Assembly (NCBI RefSeq): GCF_000181795.1
Contig: NW_003526944.1
Location: forward strand, 2,221,434 to 2,285,433
DNA from: Trichinella spiralis
Lineage: Eukaryota
Direction: 5' to 3'
Length of the DNA: 64,000 bases
The notes below the pieces were generated by a model. That model made no database searches. It worked only from the letters and a program-made list of their open reading frames with translations, and had not been told where the DNA came from. This document shows, piece after piece, positions 1 to 13,558 of the stretch. The position numbers and the translations under genes were made by a program. Within the stretch, counting starts at the first letter, position 1; every line of letters starts with the position of its first letter.

Positions 1-186
1 GGCAAATTGCCACCACCTTCGAAAGTTGCACTCGACGAACTGTACATGTTCTGCCCACTGATCAACAAGTACAAGATAAACTGTGTTGAAATTTTCACTT
101 TCACTCAATCCGAAGAATCCGAGAGCTTCTTTCACATTCTAAACGGCGACAGTGATGTGCAACACGAACCAGAAAAATGTCAATGA
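1..186 (+). CDS. Possible 3' end of an unknown gene truncated by the window edge
   Basis: Frame 1 is open from base 1 to TGA at 184-186 (GKLPPPSKVALDELYMFCPLINKYKINCVEIFTF...EPEKCQ*). It is GC-richer than the AT-rich sequence that follows. No family recognised, and a minus-strand spliced reading is also possible. Confidence 0.3.
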   Translation, partial: GKLPPPSKVALDELYMFCPLINKYKINCVEIFTFTQSEESESFFHILNGDSDVQHEPEKCQ

Positions 187-1512
187 TTCCATTGGGACGA
201 ACAAATTCCAACCTCGTGCGCATTCGATCACTGAACAAATTTAAACCAAATAACCTTTCGCCCCAATCTACAGCATGACTATTAAGATGAGCAGGTTGAA
301 ATCAACAAATGGAATTTATCATATCTGAGTTGTGATCTATTATCAATTTTAACGATTCGAAAAATCCACATTTATTATTAAAATTAAATTAATTTTATCA
401 CAATTTATTTTTTAAATAAATTTTAAGCCTTTATTCACATCGATTAGTAGACTTTAAATAAAGCGTGCGATTGAATTGAGTGATAAAGCGTGGTGGAGTT
501 GATTTTAATTTTCAATTTCGAAGCTTTCACTGCTTGTGCCATTCAATGTGAAATTACTTATAACATTATCGCATTCTGCTGATAATTTAAAGACACGTTG
601 GGAATAAAAATGTGTTTACTTATTGATAAGAATTCATAACAACAATATTCGTTCAAATTAATTTCAAAATGGATTTCATTATAGGTTAGCTTATCTGGGT
701 TTATATTTATTTTAATCGAAATGCCCTAATTACTCGATTCGTTCGAAGTTTGCTGACTTTGCTTGCTTTGAAGATGTTAATTTTTTGTTCCAGCAATCAA
801 GTAGAAACCAAACGTTTCCTTATTGCCTACCAATATAAGCAAGTAAATTACGCCGTGTCGGTTTTATCAATAAGCCGGCCATTGTCACGTTCAAAATCAA
901 AATTTATCAACACTTAATTGATCCTTTGAGCTATTAAATGTGGAGAAATGGACATCTGTAAGCGATCAACAATTTTATATTTGCCAATTTTGTTGAATAC
1001 AAATGTCTGCTTTTAATGTGCGCATAATGTTGTTGTTGTTTTTTTGAATGATTTTTCATTTGATTAAGAGAAAAATGATAAATTTTAAATGGAATAAAAA
1101 TTCACCTTCGATTTACCTGTGTAATTAATTAAACCAGTAGAGTTGTCTAATCAGTTGAACGATTCAACAAGGCTGGTAAGGAAAATTGAAAAGTATAAGT
1201 TGTCTTTTCATGTTCTTCTCTTTTCAAATGACGACAATTTCAGTACCTATTCTCGACAATAGGATTAATGTTCTGCTTGGGATGCTTTGAACCGAAACAA
1301 CTTTCATTATTGTTTAGCTTGGCTGAATTGGCCTTTTGGTGAAGTTGTTGGCTGAAATTTGCCGGTGAATTGGATTCGCCTTTGGCGAAATTTGCAAATG
1401 ACTTTCTATCAAATCAGTTCCAAGACTGGTCGCTCTGGTCAGAAGCAAATTATCGCTTTTGTCAAAAACTGTTTACTTGGCATGTAGTTCAGCAGAATAT
1501 TCACGCTGCGTT

Positions 1513-3812
1513 ATGTCATTTTTCAAAATTCTCCCATTTTTCCTACATGCAATGGGTAAATTGCATTCGAGCTTCTTCTTTTATTTTATTCTCTCGAATC
1601 AGTTCAACTACTCATTTAAGGCTTTTTAACATGTTGCGTTGAAACTGTACCACCGAAAGGACCAACATCACTTTACAACTCTTTGGAAAGTAATTATTCA
1701 AATTAACTTTGCATATTAAGATTCATTTTCAAACGATTCAATTAAGGTCTATTCGGTGGCACGTTCAAATCGGATTTTTTCATCCCCACTCACCGTAAGT
1801 TTTTGTTGTTCACTTTCTACATCTCATTTACATGGATTTGTTTCTTTTTTGTAAAATCGTTTCTTTCAAGGTTCAAATGATGCTGTTAATAAAAGTTCGG
1901 ATTTGAACTGCGCTAATTTCAATTCATCCTGCCTCTGGCGCAACGAGTAAGTTATGCAATTTTGTGCCATTTGTATCAAAAACGTTCCACAATTAGGTGG
2001 AGGAGTGGACAAATTTTACAAGACCAACTAGAACTGATCACTTTGATTGCTTGCATTTATTAAATAATTATCATTTTTACAAAAGAAATAACTTGGAGAA
2101 AACTTAAATATGTACAGTAATACATAAATTCACGTAAGTTCAAAAAATACAGTATTTATTTTCATTGAAGTAGAAACCGAAATTAAGAAATTGGAATTTT
2201 GTTTAAATGAAAACATTGAAATGATAGTTGTATTTAATAAAATGTTTGACAATAGTGATCTCATGAAATTTTCTCGTTGCAATTGTCATATTGGTTTGTA
2301 AATTCAAATTTAGCCTTACTAATGATGACGATTTCAAGTGGGCTGTTGGAAGTGGTCAACCGGACATGCGAAAATTTCGTGTTTTAATGCGATCAACAGT
2401 TTTGCCTGGTGGAAACGGTAATAGTAAACTGTAAAGCGTTTTGCAAATCTGTTTTAAATATTAATTTCATATTTCAGATGGCAAATTTGCCATTCTACGC
2501 ACAACTCAACCGCAGCCAGCAAATCGTCAAGCAATGCTGGTCAGCAATGTCATCCTTTGTCAAACTTCTCCAGGTACACTGTCTTTTCGGTTGGTGAAAT
2601 TTTTTATTTTGTGAATTTTATATTTTGAACAAAATTCAACGCGTTTCAATAAATTTCTACACAGGTTTTGGTCTTCACCTCGAGTACTACTTAAGATATG
2701 TACAAGATCTCCTAATGCTGGAACGTATTTTCACAAATGCTTTGACTTTGAACGTCGAGAAGGTGGCAGCTTGATCAGTGTTCCAGTGCAATATTCGTAT
2801 ATGCGCCCGTTTGAAGTAAATTATTTATTCGCTTTTTTTCCCTTCATTTTTACTCACTATTGAACGACCGTCAGATCGTATTTGTGGCATCAAATTTCAT
2901 AATCAGATCGCGTCGACGTCTTGCCGGAGTTGTCATTATTGACGATATAACTTACTACGCTTCAATCTGCAATCGAAGTTGAAAAGATGATAAATTGAAA
3001 TTACAGTTATTGATGATGATGTTCCATTTCAGAAACGATTCGAACTTTCAAAAGGCCAACTAGCAAACCGCGAACAATTCAACCAGAAAAACTTCTCATT
3101 AGAACATCATTTGATCAAGAACGCTTTGAACACGCTTGTGAACAATTGCAATGTTCGTTTAATGAAGATGGTTAGCAGTGTTTTTTTATCTGTTTTGAAA
3201 AGTTTGTTTTCAACATGATTTTCATCGTTCAGAATCCGGATCTCAGCCTTGTGCGAATTATTTGCTACGCAATGTCAAAGTGACTTCAGGAAAATCAGGA
3301 AATCGACATACAGGAATCAATGCAGCTTACTGTAACAGCACCGTTTTATCATATTTTTTTTGTTTTGGTGTAATATCGTTTGCAATTTGCTTCTTGTTTA
3401 GCCGGACCTTACGGTTATGTGAACGGTCCTGGAAATGTGATCATGTTGCAGTCGCATGCATTTCAAATACCGACTAAAGCACGCCTACGGTTCTGCTACA
3501 ACGCGCCAGATTACGAAAGTCGCCTGTCGGTCGAGGCGTTCAGTGACGACGGCAAGCAGGTTGTTTTCGAATCGCCGGTGCTTAATATTGAAAAACTGGA
3601 AAAATGGAAATGCGTCACACCGATACTAAATCCAGGAAATTACAATACAGTATGACAACAACAACAACAAAAAAATATGTTTACTGTAGTGACATAATAG
3701 TTTGAAATTTTAGCTTGAATTTAAAGCTAAAAAATTGCGCAATGAATATTCTTATTTGGCCATCGACGAGATTGCTCTGGTCGATTTGAACAACGGAACT
3801 ACATTCTGCTAG
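1513..3812 (+). CDS. Secreted protein with two MAM-like domains (multi-exon)
   Basis: Manual GT-AG splicing gives MSFFKILPFFLHAMGFLTCC (signal-like), then SSDLNCANFNSSCLWRNDLTNDDDFKW...AMLVSNVILCQTSPGTLSFRFWSS...GVVIIDDITY. A second repeat reads ACEQLQCSFNE...MLQSHAFQIPTKARLRFCY...SYLAIDEIAL, ending TTFC*. C-x-F...C-x-W...DDFxW and (A/I)IDDI are MAM-domain hallmarks. Confidence 0.75.
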
Positions 3813-4019
3813 CTGCTGTTGGAATAGATTTTACTGTTCAAATAACAAATCAAAAAAAAAACAAAAAGAAAGAAAGAAGAATGTTCTGGATGAATTACGA
3901 AAACAGAAAAAAAAATTAATAAAAATAAACAACGACAGACAGAATTTTGAAAAATTAAATTTCATAATGCTCAAAGTAAAAATGCCACCAGGATACTTCA
4001 CCATTTTTATTTCATTCAG

Positions 4020-7000
4020 TTAGTTGGCTTCGTTCAAAAAATAACTAATGTAAGAAGTTAACAGATCATCCATTTTGTATCCCTAAATTATAGACAAAAA
4101 CAAGTATAAATAAATAAATAAAATATTTATAAATTTAAATTTATACCATTGATGTTTCACAAAGCAGACGACTTCCATTTACAACGTTACCAATTGTCAA
4201 GTGGAAGTATGTGTTTCCACTGTTCCAGTTGCTGATTTCTGGAAACGAGTACGAAGCGATGATATCCTGCGAAAAAGAAAAACAACACTCGATTGCAATG
4301 GAAGAAAAAATTTGCATAATTCACTTTTCTTTCCGGTTCAATGAGAATAATTCCATTTTTGTTGATCGCAATGATCAGCTTCTCGGGAATTTTATTATCG
4401 CCGGTTTGCTGTGAAAAAAAATCGCAGTATAATGTGAGCAGAAAAAAAAATCATCATCCTTGTTGTTATTACTTTAACTTCGAAAAATGCAGAACCGAAT
4501 GTAGGCCATTTGTAAATTACTTTCAAAAATTGCACTTTCGCTTCTTCGCGACTCATGAAACTTCCCTTGTGATAATAGGAAAGAATATGCTGAAATCAAT
4601 CGATTAAATTTTATGAATAATTAAATGAAAATTGTTGTAAATTTTTCAAATCTACCCGTTTCCAATCGACAGATGAAGCCATTTTCAAAAATACTTTCGG
4701 CAGTAGATCGGCCAACGAGCTGGAAAGATTCGACGCGTTGTCGCCATACCTGGAACGATAGATCAAAGCGGCCAATTCGGCCGCCTCGTCCCTGGTGCAT
4801 TGATGATAGCCTCGGATATATTTGGGCAACTCTTGGGAATAGTGGAATACAATATCCGCTTGACGATCTTGACCAGGAACAGTATCCACCCAGAGTTTCT
4901 TCATGAAATAGACTTGATAATTCAAGTTGCGGCCATTTTGACCAGATTTGGTTTTACTGGTCAGTTCACTGAGATGACGTATAAAGTCGAAGAAAAATTC
5001 ATTCTCGGGCAGTGACAAAACTGAACCAATCACAATTGTGATCAATGGACAAAAATTTGCATGCATCAAAATGAACAAAACTTTTTTTACTTTTATCTTG
5101 AATTTTGACAAAAAATGCGAAACCTTTGACACTTTTCAGTTGGATATGTTTAGCAATACGGACGGACAAATCTTTCGCTTTGTTGCAAGAGTCGACTTCA
5201 ATATTCTGCAATTCAAATTGTACTACTGTAATTAATTTTCTTATTCCAATTCAACGAAATTCATCTCACTTCGTATGTATCATTTGGAAAATAAAATTTG
5301 TGAAATATCTGGGTCGTTTTGCGCTGTATAGCTTCAACTTCCACAACATGAGGCGGATATTTTCTCGAACCAACTCTGCAAATAATTCCACAGATTCCAA
5401 TCAATGATTATTGATTTAATAAATTTTTTTCGGGTTTATTCACCTTTTGATTCGTTGCAATCGATTGAAACAGTCCGCCGCAACTGGATGATGCTGACTG
5501 CGAAGAAACAACGCCACCTCTTTGTGCAACGTCTGAGATGGTGGAAACAGCCCAACGCAGAGCCACATCAATTCCCAGCCTTTTTCCACCGACATCCGGC
5601 CAGGATTGCCGGTCAATTGTTTGATTATTTGGCAATAAATTTCGTCCCTCAACAATGCCTGAAAAATTTGCTTAATTTCTTTTCGTAAAAGTACACATTT
5701 GTTTAAATTTGCATAATTGCACCTGTTTCAACGGGGCCGAAAAAATCAAATCGGTCTGTTCAAGCGTGGAAAAGCGTTGACGATGCCTTTGGGCCGAGTC
5801 GCCCATGTAAGCGACTATTGCTGCAAATTGAAAAAATTTTCAAACTGCCACTTTGATCAAATTACAATTTTTCCAAGTTGCCTACCTTCGTAAGTAGCCA
5901 AAGCCGACTGGCAGGCATCTTCGACAGTTTGGACTTTTTTCAGCAGAGGTTGAGTGAGCGGTTCATAACTGTGGCGCCACAATTCTTCCGTAATTCTCTG
6001 CCTGGGCAGTGTGTTCACCGTCACTATTGCCAGCGGAGCTCTGAGGAGAAATTATGCAAATAATTATTAAAATTTATTTTTCATTTTTTTCCTAATCACC
6101 TGAAATGCTCAGCACTGAAACTTTCCAACGTGTGAGGTCCGTCGGCTCTGTAACGGTTGACCAATGCTCGGCTACTCACACCACCAACTTCTCTGCATTG
6201 GACAAATTCCTCCTAAATTAAAAATTAAATAGAAATTAATTAATCAATTAATTAATTAATTACCAAAATTTCTTGTGATGGTTTGCTCAGGGTGGGCAAA
6301 ATGTAAACTGATTCGCATTCCACGTGGCCAACTTCACCGGTCAACGTGTGTTCACCTTGTGCTGATCTGTTTCTGATTAACATTTCGCCGTTGACAGAGC
6401 TGTCCAACTTGATCAAATCTCCTTTGCGCATTTTCAACCACTGACCAGACTGATCTGCATTTTCAAAATAAAAAAATAACCTCAAAATAAAATATATGCA
6501 AAAATATACCAGCAGTAGTATCTGTTAAAGCGATAACAAATCGACTTCGCATTCGCAGGCCATGCAAAAAGTAGCAAACCAAATTTACAATATCTTCGGC
6601 ATTTGGTGCCTGGAATGAATATTCGTCGGTTTGAATTGTTTCAATAGTTACGGTTGGCATTTTATTTCTGAAAAATAATTCAATATTTTCACACTGATCA
6701 AAAAACACATTCAAAATGATATGTTCATACTTTGAATGGGTGCAAGTAGCGTTGGCCATTTCGATAAATCCAATCTCAAGTAACACTTGATCTTGATCAT
6801 CGACAACATAAATGCCAGTCCAATTAACAGCAACAATTACCTGATAAATACAAAGAATTAGATTGGAAAATTATAATTATTAAACTATTGAAACAAACTT
6901 CATTTTTGGGCAATTTTGGACCGGCAAATTTGTACGCTTCGTAAAATCGCGAAAACAACAACGGCCATTTCAAACGACAATAAGCAACAACGTTTTCTTG

Positions 7001-10000
7001 AACATGCTGAGAAGATGTCTTTTCTTCCAGAGGAAGACACTGAAAATGTAATTGATAAATTTTACACAAACAAAAAACATATACTGTAAAAAATGAAAAT
7101 GAAGTTTAAGTTTTACTTTTCGACTAGCGTGAAGTACAATTTGAACCCAACGCTCGATGGCGTGCTTCATATTTTCAACACCGTCCAGAACATGATCAGG
7201 AATGTAATTTTGAATAACACTCTTCAATTGTTCGGCTTGGAAGTGAAAGCCGTAGTCGATAAAATACTGATAAGCGATCAACTGAGCTAAATCTTCATCC
7301 TAAAACCAAAACAACAACCAATCAATCAGTTAAAATTACAATTTTATCGTTCAACTTGTATACTCACCCTGTTGCATCGATATTCGCCAAATTTCACTCC
7401 TCTAGTCACTTGCTGATAGATCAAATCGGTGGCCACAGGATCTTCGGCAGGATTGTGCCATGGTGTGAATATTTCTTTGCGGAAAAACAGTCTCCACTGC
7501 ACTGCCTGCTCTTTGGCGCCAATTTCTTTGGCATATTGTTCGCACTGACTTATAGCATCCAGAACGTGCTCATCTGTGCTTCCCAGGCTGCAGACTTTGT
7601 CTTGCAAAGCTATGTACAACGAAAAGCCGAATTTGTCCCTCAAGTTGATCGATTTGGCCAACGCTTCGCACAGTTCATGGGCGTTGGTCGCTGAATCACC
7701 GACTAACGTCTGAGTAGTGCCGTTCATGAATGTGACCGGGAAAACGAGCGGTTTCCGTTGTTTAGTAGCCTTCAATTTCAAGTATTTCAAAAATATAATG
7801 GAAACAAACATTGCATTAGAAAATTTAATAAAATTTTTTAATGTTTTGATTATTTTTTGTTTTCTTTAAAAAGTAAATACTTGAAAAACTTGCATTGAAA
7901 AATCTTTTAATGAATAAAAATCATTTCAAATTTTATTCTTTAAATGTGCGCATATTTTTTTATTCATTTTACGTATTCTTTTCAATTTCAAAAAATTCGC
8001 GCCATAACTTTTACGTGAACTACTTTTTTTAACAAACTTGCATGCATTTTTGAAGATTTACTGTATTTCTTTAACTCAGTCGTCAAAATTTCGAATACGC
8101 TCGTGCGGAATGGTTGTGAAACCTGTTTTGCTGTTAGTCTATGTGTCAAAGACCATTTCGACAGCGTTTTCGACTACAATACAAATCTGCAGTAATATAG
8201 GAGGTATGTAAAGTTTTTTTTTACATTTATTTTGTTTTCAATTTTTCATATCGCGTCAAGGTAGAATATTACTTTCGTTTGTTTATTATGAAAGAACTTA
8301 CTTGAACTTCGTAATGTGAAGGTGGTTGAGTTCTGGCTCCGTTTTCCAACGTGCGGTTCAATCTTTGTTCGCAATAGACAATGTACTCTTTCGGGGCTTG
8401 ATGTCTGATGAAGCAGCGCAGGTACTTGATGAACTGCAATTGGGCAATTTTTATGCGTTATTATTATTATTATTATTATTTGATTTTTAATTACTTTCGA
8501 AGATGGCGGGAAACAGCTAACACACAATGACAAAAGAATCCAACCGCGCAATGTCGACTGCGAGTTTGGATTGTTGGACAGTTGTTTGCAAATTTGGCAT
8601 AAAATTTCATCCCTAATTTTTCAAAAAAAAATCTGTTGAGTTTTAATTAATAAACAAGAAAGCAGTACCTCAGTTCAGGACGTAATATACCATGACCAAT
8701 TATAAAATGCAGTTGATCCAGTGGATTTGCTGTTGCTTTTTCGAGCATATTTTCATAGTCATCCGCCTGAGATTCCAAATCTTTGAACATAGGTTCCACT
8801 GTTGACGATTTTGCTTTCCTTTGTGGCGACCAACCTGTCATTTTGTATCTTACATTTTCTCCGACAAGTCCAGCTGGTGAATAATCCTGCATTTGAGTAT
8901 TTTTAATTGTTGATTTTTACAAGCAACAGTGAAAAATTATGTATTGAAAAAATAAGAATAATTTTTATACTAAAATTGATTCATCCGCTTGTTGACTCCG
9001 ATCTTTCCTGTGCATTCCACGCGCCAATGTTGAGAATAGTTGTGTCATAACGGACGGACAATTCTAAACAAAGTGTTTTTTCACTGTATATTTTCTTCAT
9101 TCAATTTCGCAGAAAAATTTATCATCATTACGAAGCCATTCAAGTGAGTTGTCATTTTTCGTTGACGACTCAGGTCACCCATAAAACGTAATATTGTTAT
9201 CCAAATTCCCACGGCAGCCTTAAACAAATCATTAAATACATAACTGTATTAATAAAGAATAAGTTACAATTCGATTTGCGGGATTTGTATGATTGAGCAA
9301 AGGTGTACGCAAAATTGTTTTCGTAAAATTGGGTGTGGCATTTCCCACAAAATACGCGGCGGCAAATTTTGTGAATTGATACTGCGATACATCTTCAACT
9401 GAAGATAGTTTTCCTTTTGCTTGAATGCCGTGCTGAAAAGTTTCCATTTATATCATGCTGATGTGCAATTTGAAAAAGTATCATTCTAACTCGCGAACGC
9501 TATTTCTTATTGGTTGTTGACAGCATGCTCTTATTGGACGGTTATGCCGTTGTCTGATTGGTTTTATTTGTAGTAACTACTACGAATGTCGAACTCAATC
9601 AGTCAATGACCAATGAGATAACGCTGCCAACGACCAATAGGGAAACGTGTGTTCCCGAATTAGACCATCTCTTTAGAAAGTACTCAGCTATTATAAAAAT
9701 AATAATCACTTTATAGTCCGTGATTGGATCCACGTCAGCCAGTAGAAAATCGAAAAATTCATCAATCTATAAAAGAAAATTACAATTAGTTTTAAGTATA
9801 AATATTGCTTTTTCGGACCATTTTGGAATCATTTGTGTTCTCATGAATTAATTCATCTCTTTCATAAACCGATTCTAATGCCATTTCTGACAGATAGATT
9901 TTCGGTTGACCAGTGGCAATACTATGTCTCAATTTCGTTCTCATCAACATGCCTCGACACAGAGCCTGAATCAAAAGCATTATTATATTGCTTTACATAT

Positions 10001-13000
10001 TTTGTCACAAAAATTTCTCATTCTACCTGAAAACTAGTGATCAAGATCTTTAGCTTTTGATATTCCATTGTTAATTTTTTGGCACGGACTAACGCTTGGA
10101 GCCGTGACAAACCACGAACAATCTACAAAATTGACAAAAGATGTGTGGAATTTATACTTTGAAATGTTCACAAGCTCACTTTTCTGTAACGTGTTTCTTG
10201 TTGATAACGTCTCCAGTGCTTTTGTATCATAATACAAGCTTGTCGAGTGCGTTGGTATTTGCTGCGCATCAACCAGCCACGTATAGTTTTTTGAATTAAC
10301 GTTGCTCGGATGTGCAACATTTCATCTCGTCTTTGTTCCAGAAACAGCAATTGTGAATCCTGAATAAGTGAAAAGTGATAAAGTGATTGTTTTGTGAATA
10401 TTTTACTTTTTCAAAAAGAAGAGATGGAAAATTTTACCTTTAAAAATACACGACTGGTTCCAATTTGATACTCGCCCGGTGGTCCAAAAGCGTTGAAACA
10501 AATTCTCTCGCATACCCATTGGTTGTTTTTAGCATTTTTGGAATCTGAATGTGAGATGAGATGTTGGTTTTCAGTGAACATCAACGCAAAATTGCAAAAG
10601 TTTCGTTTACTCAGTGATGGTAGAAGAGTTTTGTATCTTGCGGCGAAGTCTTGAAATTTGTACCGAATTGGATAGCCTGATTTGCGAATTTGAATTGTAT
10701 CCATCAATCCCAAATATTTCAATTGATCATAACAAAGTTCTCGATCGAACAACTATGAAAAAAATAGCAGTCTGTGAAATTTGTGCTTGAATGGTAACAA
10801 GCTTTACCATTGGCTTTTTCATGTCGTTCGGCTTTATACAACGAATAAAGTAGGGCTTTCGACGATCAATTTGAGCCATTAAAGTTTCCAAAGATTTTCT
10901 GAATTTGAAACTTGTTGTAACTTTCAACTGTCTAGCATTATCATCCTGAACGATACTGAATGCAGTTGCTTATTGGATGAAAATTCAAATATTTTACTTG
11001 GAATTCCTTTGAAAATAAATGTGCAACGAAAGGAAAATTGCTTTCTTGAAGCAACATCAACAGCTCCTTGCTCAACGCATCACGATTTTTCTCAACGAAT
11101 CCTTGAAATTGTCACCGTTCAAAATTGTAAGTTAAAAATGGGAAAAATTATTCTACCTTTATTGTGGTACATAACAGATCCCGCATAATGTACCACTCCG
11201 AACGATGGATTTAAATCTGACTTTGGTTTGATGTAGTTGCGATTGCGTCCGAAAGCTTGGTGAGCTTTTGTAAGAAAACTCTGATCTGTTCCCTGTGAAA
11301 TATTTAAATATGATACAAATTTTACCTACTACAAACAGAAGTGTATTTTACTTTTGGTATTCTGCTTTCTTCATCTAGCAATCCAAAGAGGTTTATTGAC
11401 CGGTACGCAATCAAATCCAATATTGGCTGATTGTCAATATATTCCAACGTTGTCCATTTGATCTGCTCTCTGGCATATTCTTCCTGTGTTTGTTTGCATC
11501 GTTTTTTAAACAAACAAATTTTATATAATTTATCATATGAAATTACTTGTTCTAATTTGAAAGAATGTCGGATGAAAAATTGTTGCAATGATTCGTTGGC
11601 ATAGTTGATGCAAAATTGTTCAAAACTATTTCGTTGGAATTGTTCAAAACCGTATATATCGAGAATTCCAATAGAATTTTGCTGACCATTCTCTTCTCGA
11701 ACTCTGAATTTTTTTTTTGAAAAATATTCATGGTTTGAAGAAATAACAAAGAAATATGTGCATATACTTTTTGATGACAAAATTAATTTTATCAACAATC
11801 CACGTGAACAGACGGCCATAAATTGCTTTCGCCAAAGCATCTCTGACGTCGAGGCTTTGTTCTGCTGTCATACTACTAACAACAGTTTCCTCTTTTAAGG
11901 ATATTGTCCTTGTAGTCAATGCATTTATCAATTTCATTTGATCAACCTGAATAATTTTTTTATAATCAGTACAATTTTTGCAAATAGATATTTACCTGCA
12001 ATAGTTTTGCCACTTTGAGCACCGATGCAGCAGTAGTAATTTCTGTCGCTTCGAGATTATTGATGAGTGTGGCTGAAATCTGATTCAGTTCAGTTTCAAG
12101 TTTTGCTTATTTAATTTTTTTTCTCGAAATTTGCTCATACCAGTGTAACGTATATTTCCAATGTGAAGTATGGCCGCGAGCAATTTGAAAATGGACGTAA
12201 TTTCTATATCAGAAAAGAATAGCACTTTCATCGCAGCGCGGACATCTCGAAAAATGATCGATTCATCTTCTCGACCTTCGATTTGAAAATTTTTTCCCTA
12301 AAATAGATGCATAAAAAATCAAATCCAAATCAGTTATAAATTTCCATTAAATAACCTGAGATAGATAAAAATATGTTGACGAATCTTCCAATTCGAACAT
12401 CGCCTTCTCTTGGCTATTCATACCAGCCAGCATGCAATAAAAAATATGGAAATTTCTTTCATTTTTTGACTGCAAAAAAGGGAAAATTTTTAAGTTGAAA
12501 AAAAAGTATTTCTCTTTGTTAAAATTATTTATTTACCTGTGAAACTAGTCTGCTTTTTTCCAATAAATATTGTTCAATGCGAGCACTTTCGATCATTCCG
12601 TGACCGTTGTAAAGCATGTCTATGTAACGGCCGAATCTCGATGAATTGTCATTTCGTACGGTTTTTGCATTTCCAAAAGCTTGAAAAATTTGAATATCAA
12701 ATTTATTTTTGGTTTAAAAATAAATTTCTTAAAATATTCTACCTACCTTCTAAAATTGGATTTGCTTCGAGAATTTGTTGTTCAATCCACGAATGTCGAT
12801 CGCATCGACTCGAGACAACGGCTAGATGTTGCAACACTAGTTTAGCTGTTTCGGTTTTTCCAGCTCCAGATTCTCCGCTGAATTTTTAATTTTCAAATGA
12901 ATAAGTGAATTAATTTTGAAAAATGAAATCCAACCTGATTATTATGCAATAACTTTGATTGTCGTTCATCATTTGCATGTAGGCATTTTCGGCTACGGCG

Positions 13001-13558
13001 AATACGTGGGGTGCCAATTCGCCGATTCTTTTGCCTCTGTACATTTCCAACATTTCGGCCGAATAGATTGGCAGCTGTTGATACGGATTGATGGCTATCA
13101 GAATTGAACCGGTATAAGTCTGAAAATCAGTTCAGTTGTGATCAATGGGCAAATTTGTATAAAATTACAAATAATTATAATATTCGGATAAACTTGCATA
13201 GATCAATTTTTGCTTGTATCGAATTTGAAGATTGCGCAAAACGGACGCGTCGTGAAAATCGGTTAGTTCGATCATATCTTCGACCCCTTGAACAGACGAC
13301 GGATGCATAATTGGCATGGAGACGCTCCCTTCAAGCCAGGTCTCATTTCCGTCGTCGTCGCGTAAGAAAACTCTGCCATTGTCAATGTCGACAATACGGG
13401 CACCAATTGGACAACTGAAGCCAGTTTGATTTGAAAAAAACGGTATCCAAACATAATCACCCTGAAAATATGAATATGATAATTTCTGGAATTTCATCTA
13501 ATTTTTCTGGTGCTTTTCTTTCCTCGAATTTGGGTTTTACCTTTTCAAAATGGACCAT
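4020..13558 (-). CDS. hum-6/MYO7A-like: Unconventional myosin class VII (motor, IQ, MyTH4-FERM, SH3, MyTH4-FERM); many exons
   Basis: Starts MVHFEK|GDYVWI. Motor motifs [25 protein letters not shown] and FIRCIKPN are present, followed by IQ motifs. MyTH4 motifs ([27 protein letters not shown]) and FERM ([30 protein letters not shown]) follow. Ends [20 protein letters not shown]. Confidence 0.95.
9485..9664. mobile_element. About 180-bp imperfect palindrome (MITE/foldback-like) in a myosin intron
   Basis: Left arm tctaactcgcgaac..tttcttattggttgttgacagc..tcttattgg..gttgtctgattg pairs with right arm caatcagtcaatgaccaatgaga..gctgccaacgaccaatagggaaa..gttcccgaattaga. The host intron is about 275 bp, against the usual 50-100 bp. 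Confidence 0.6.
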
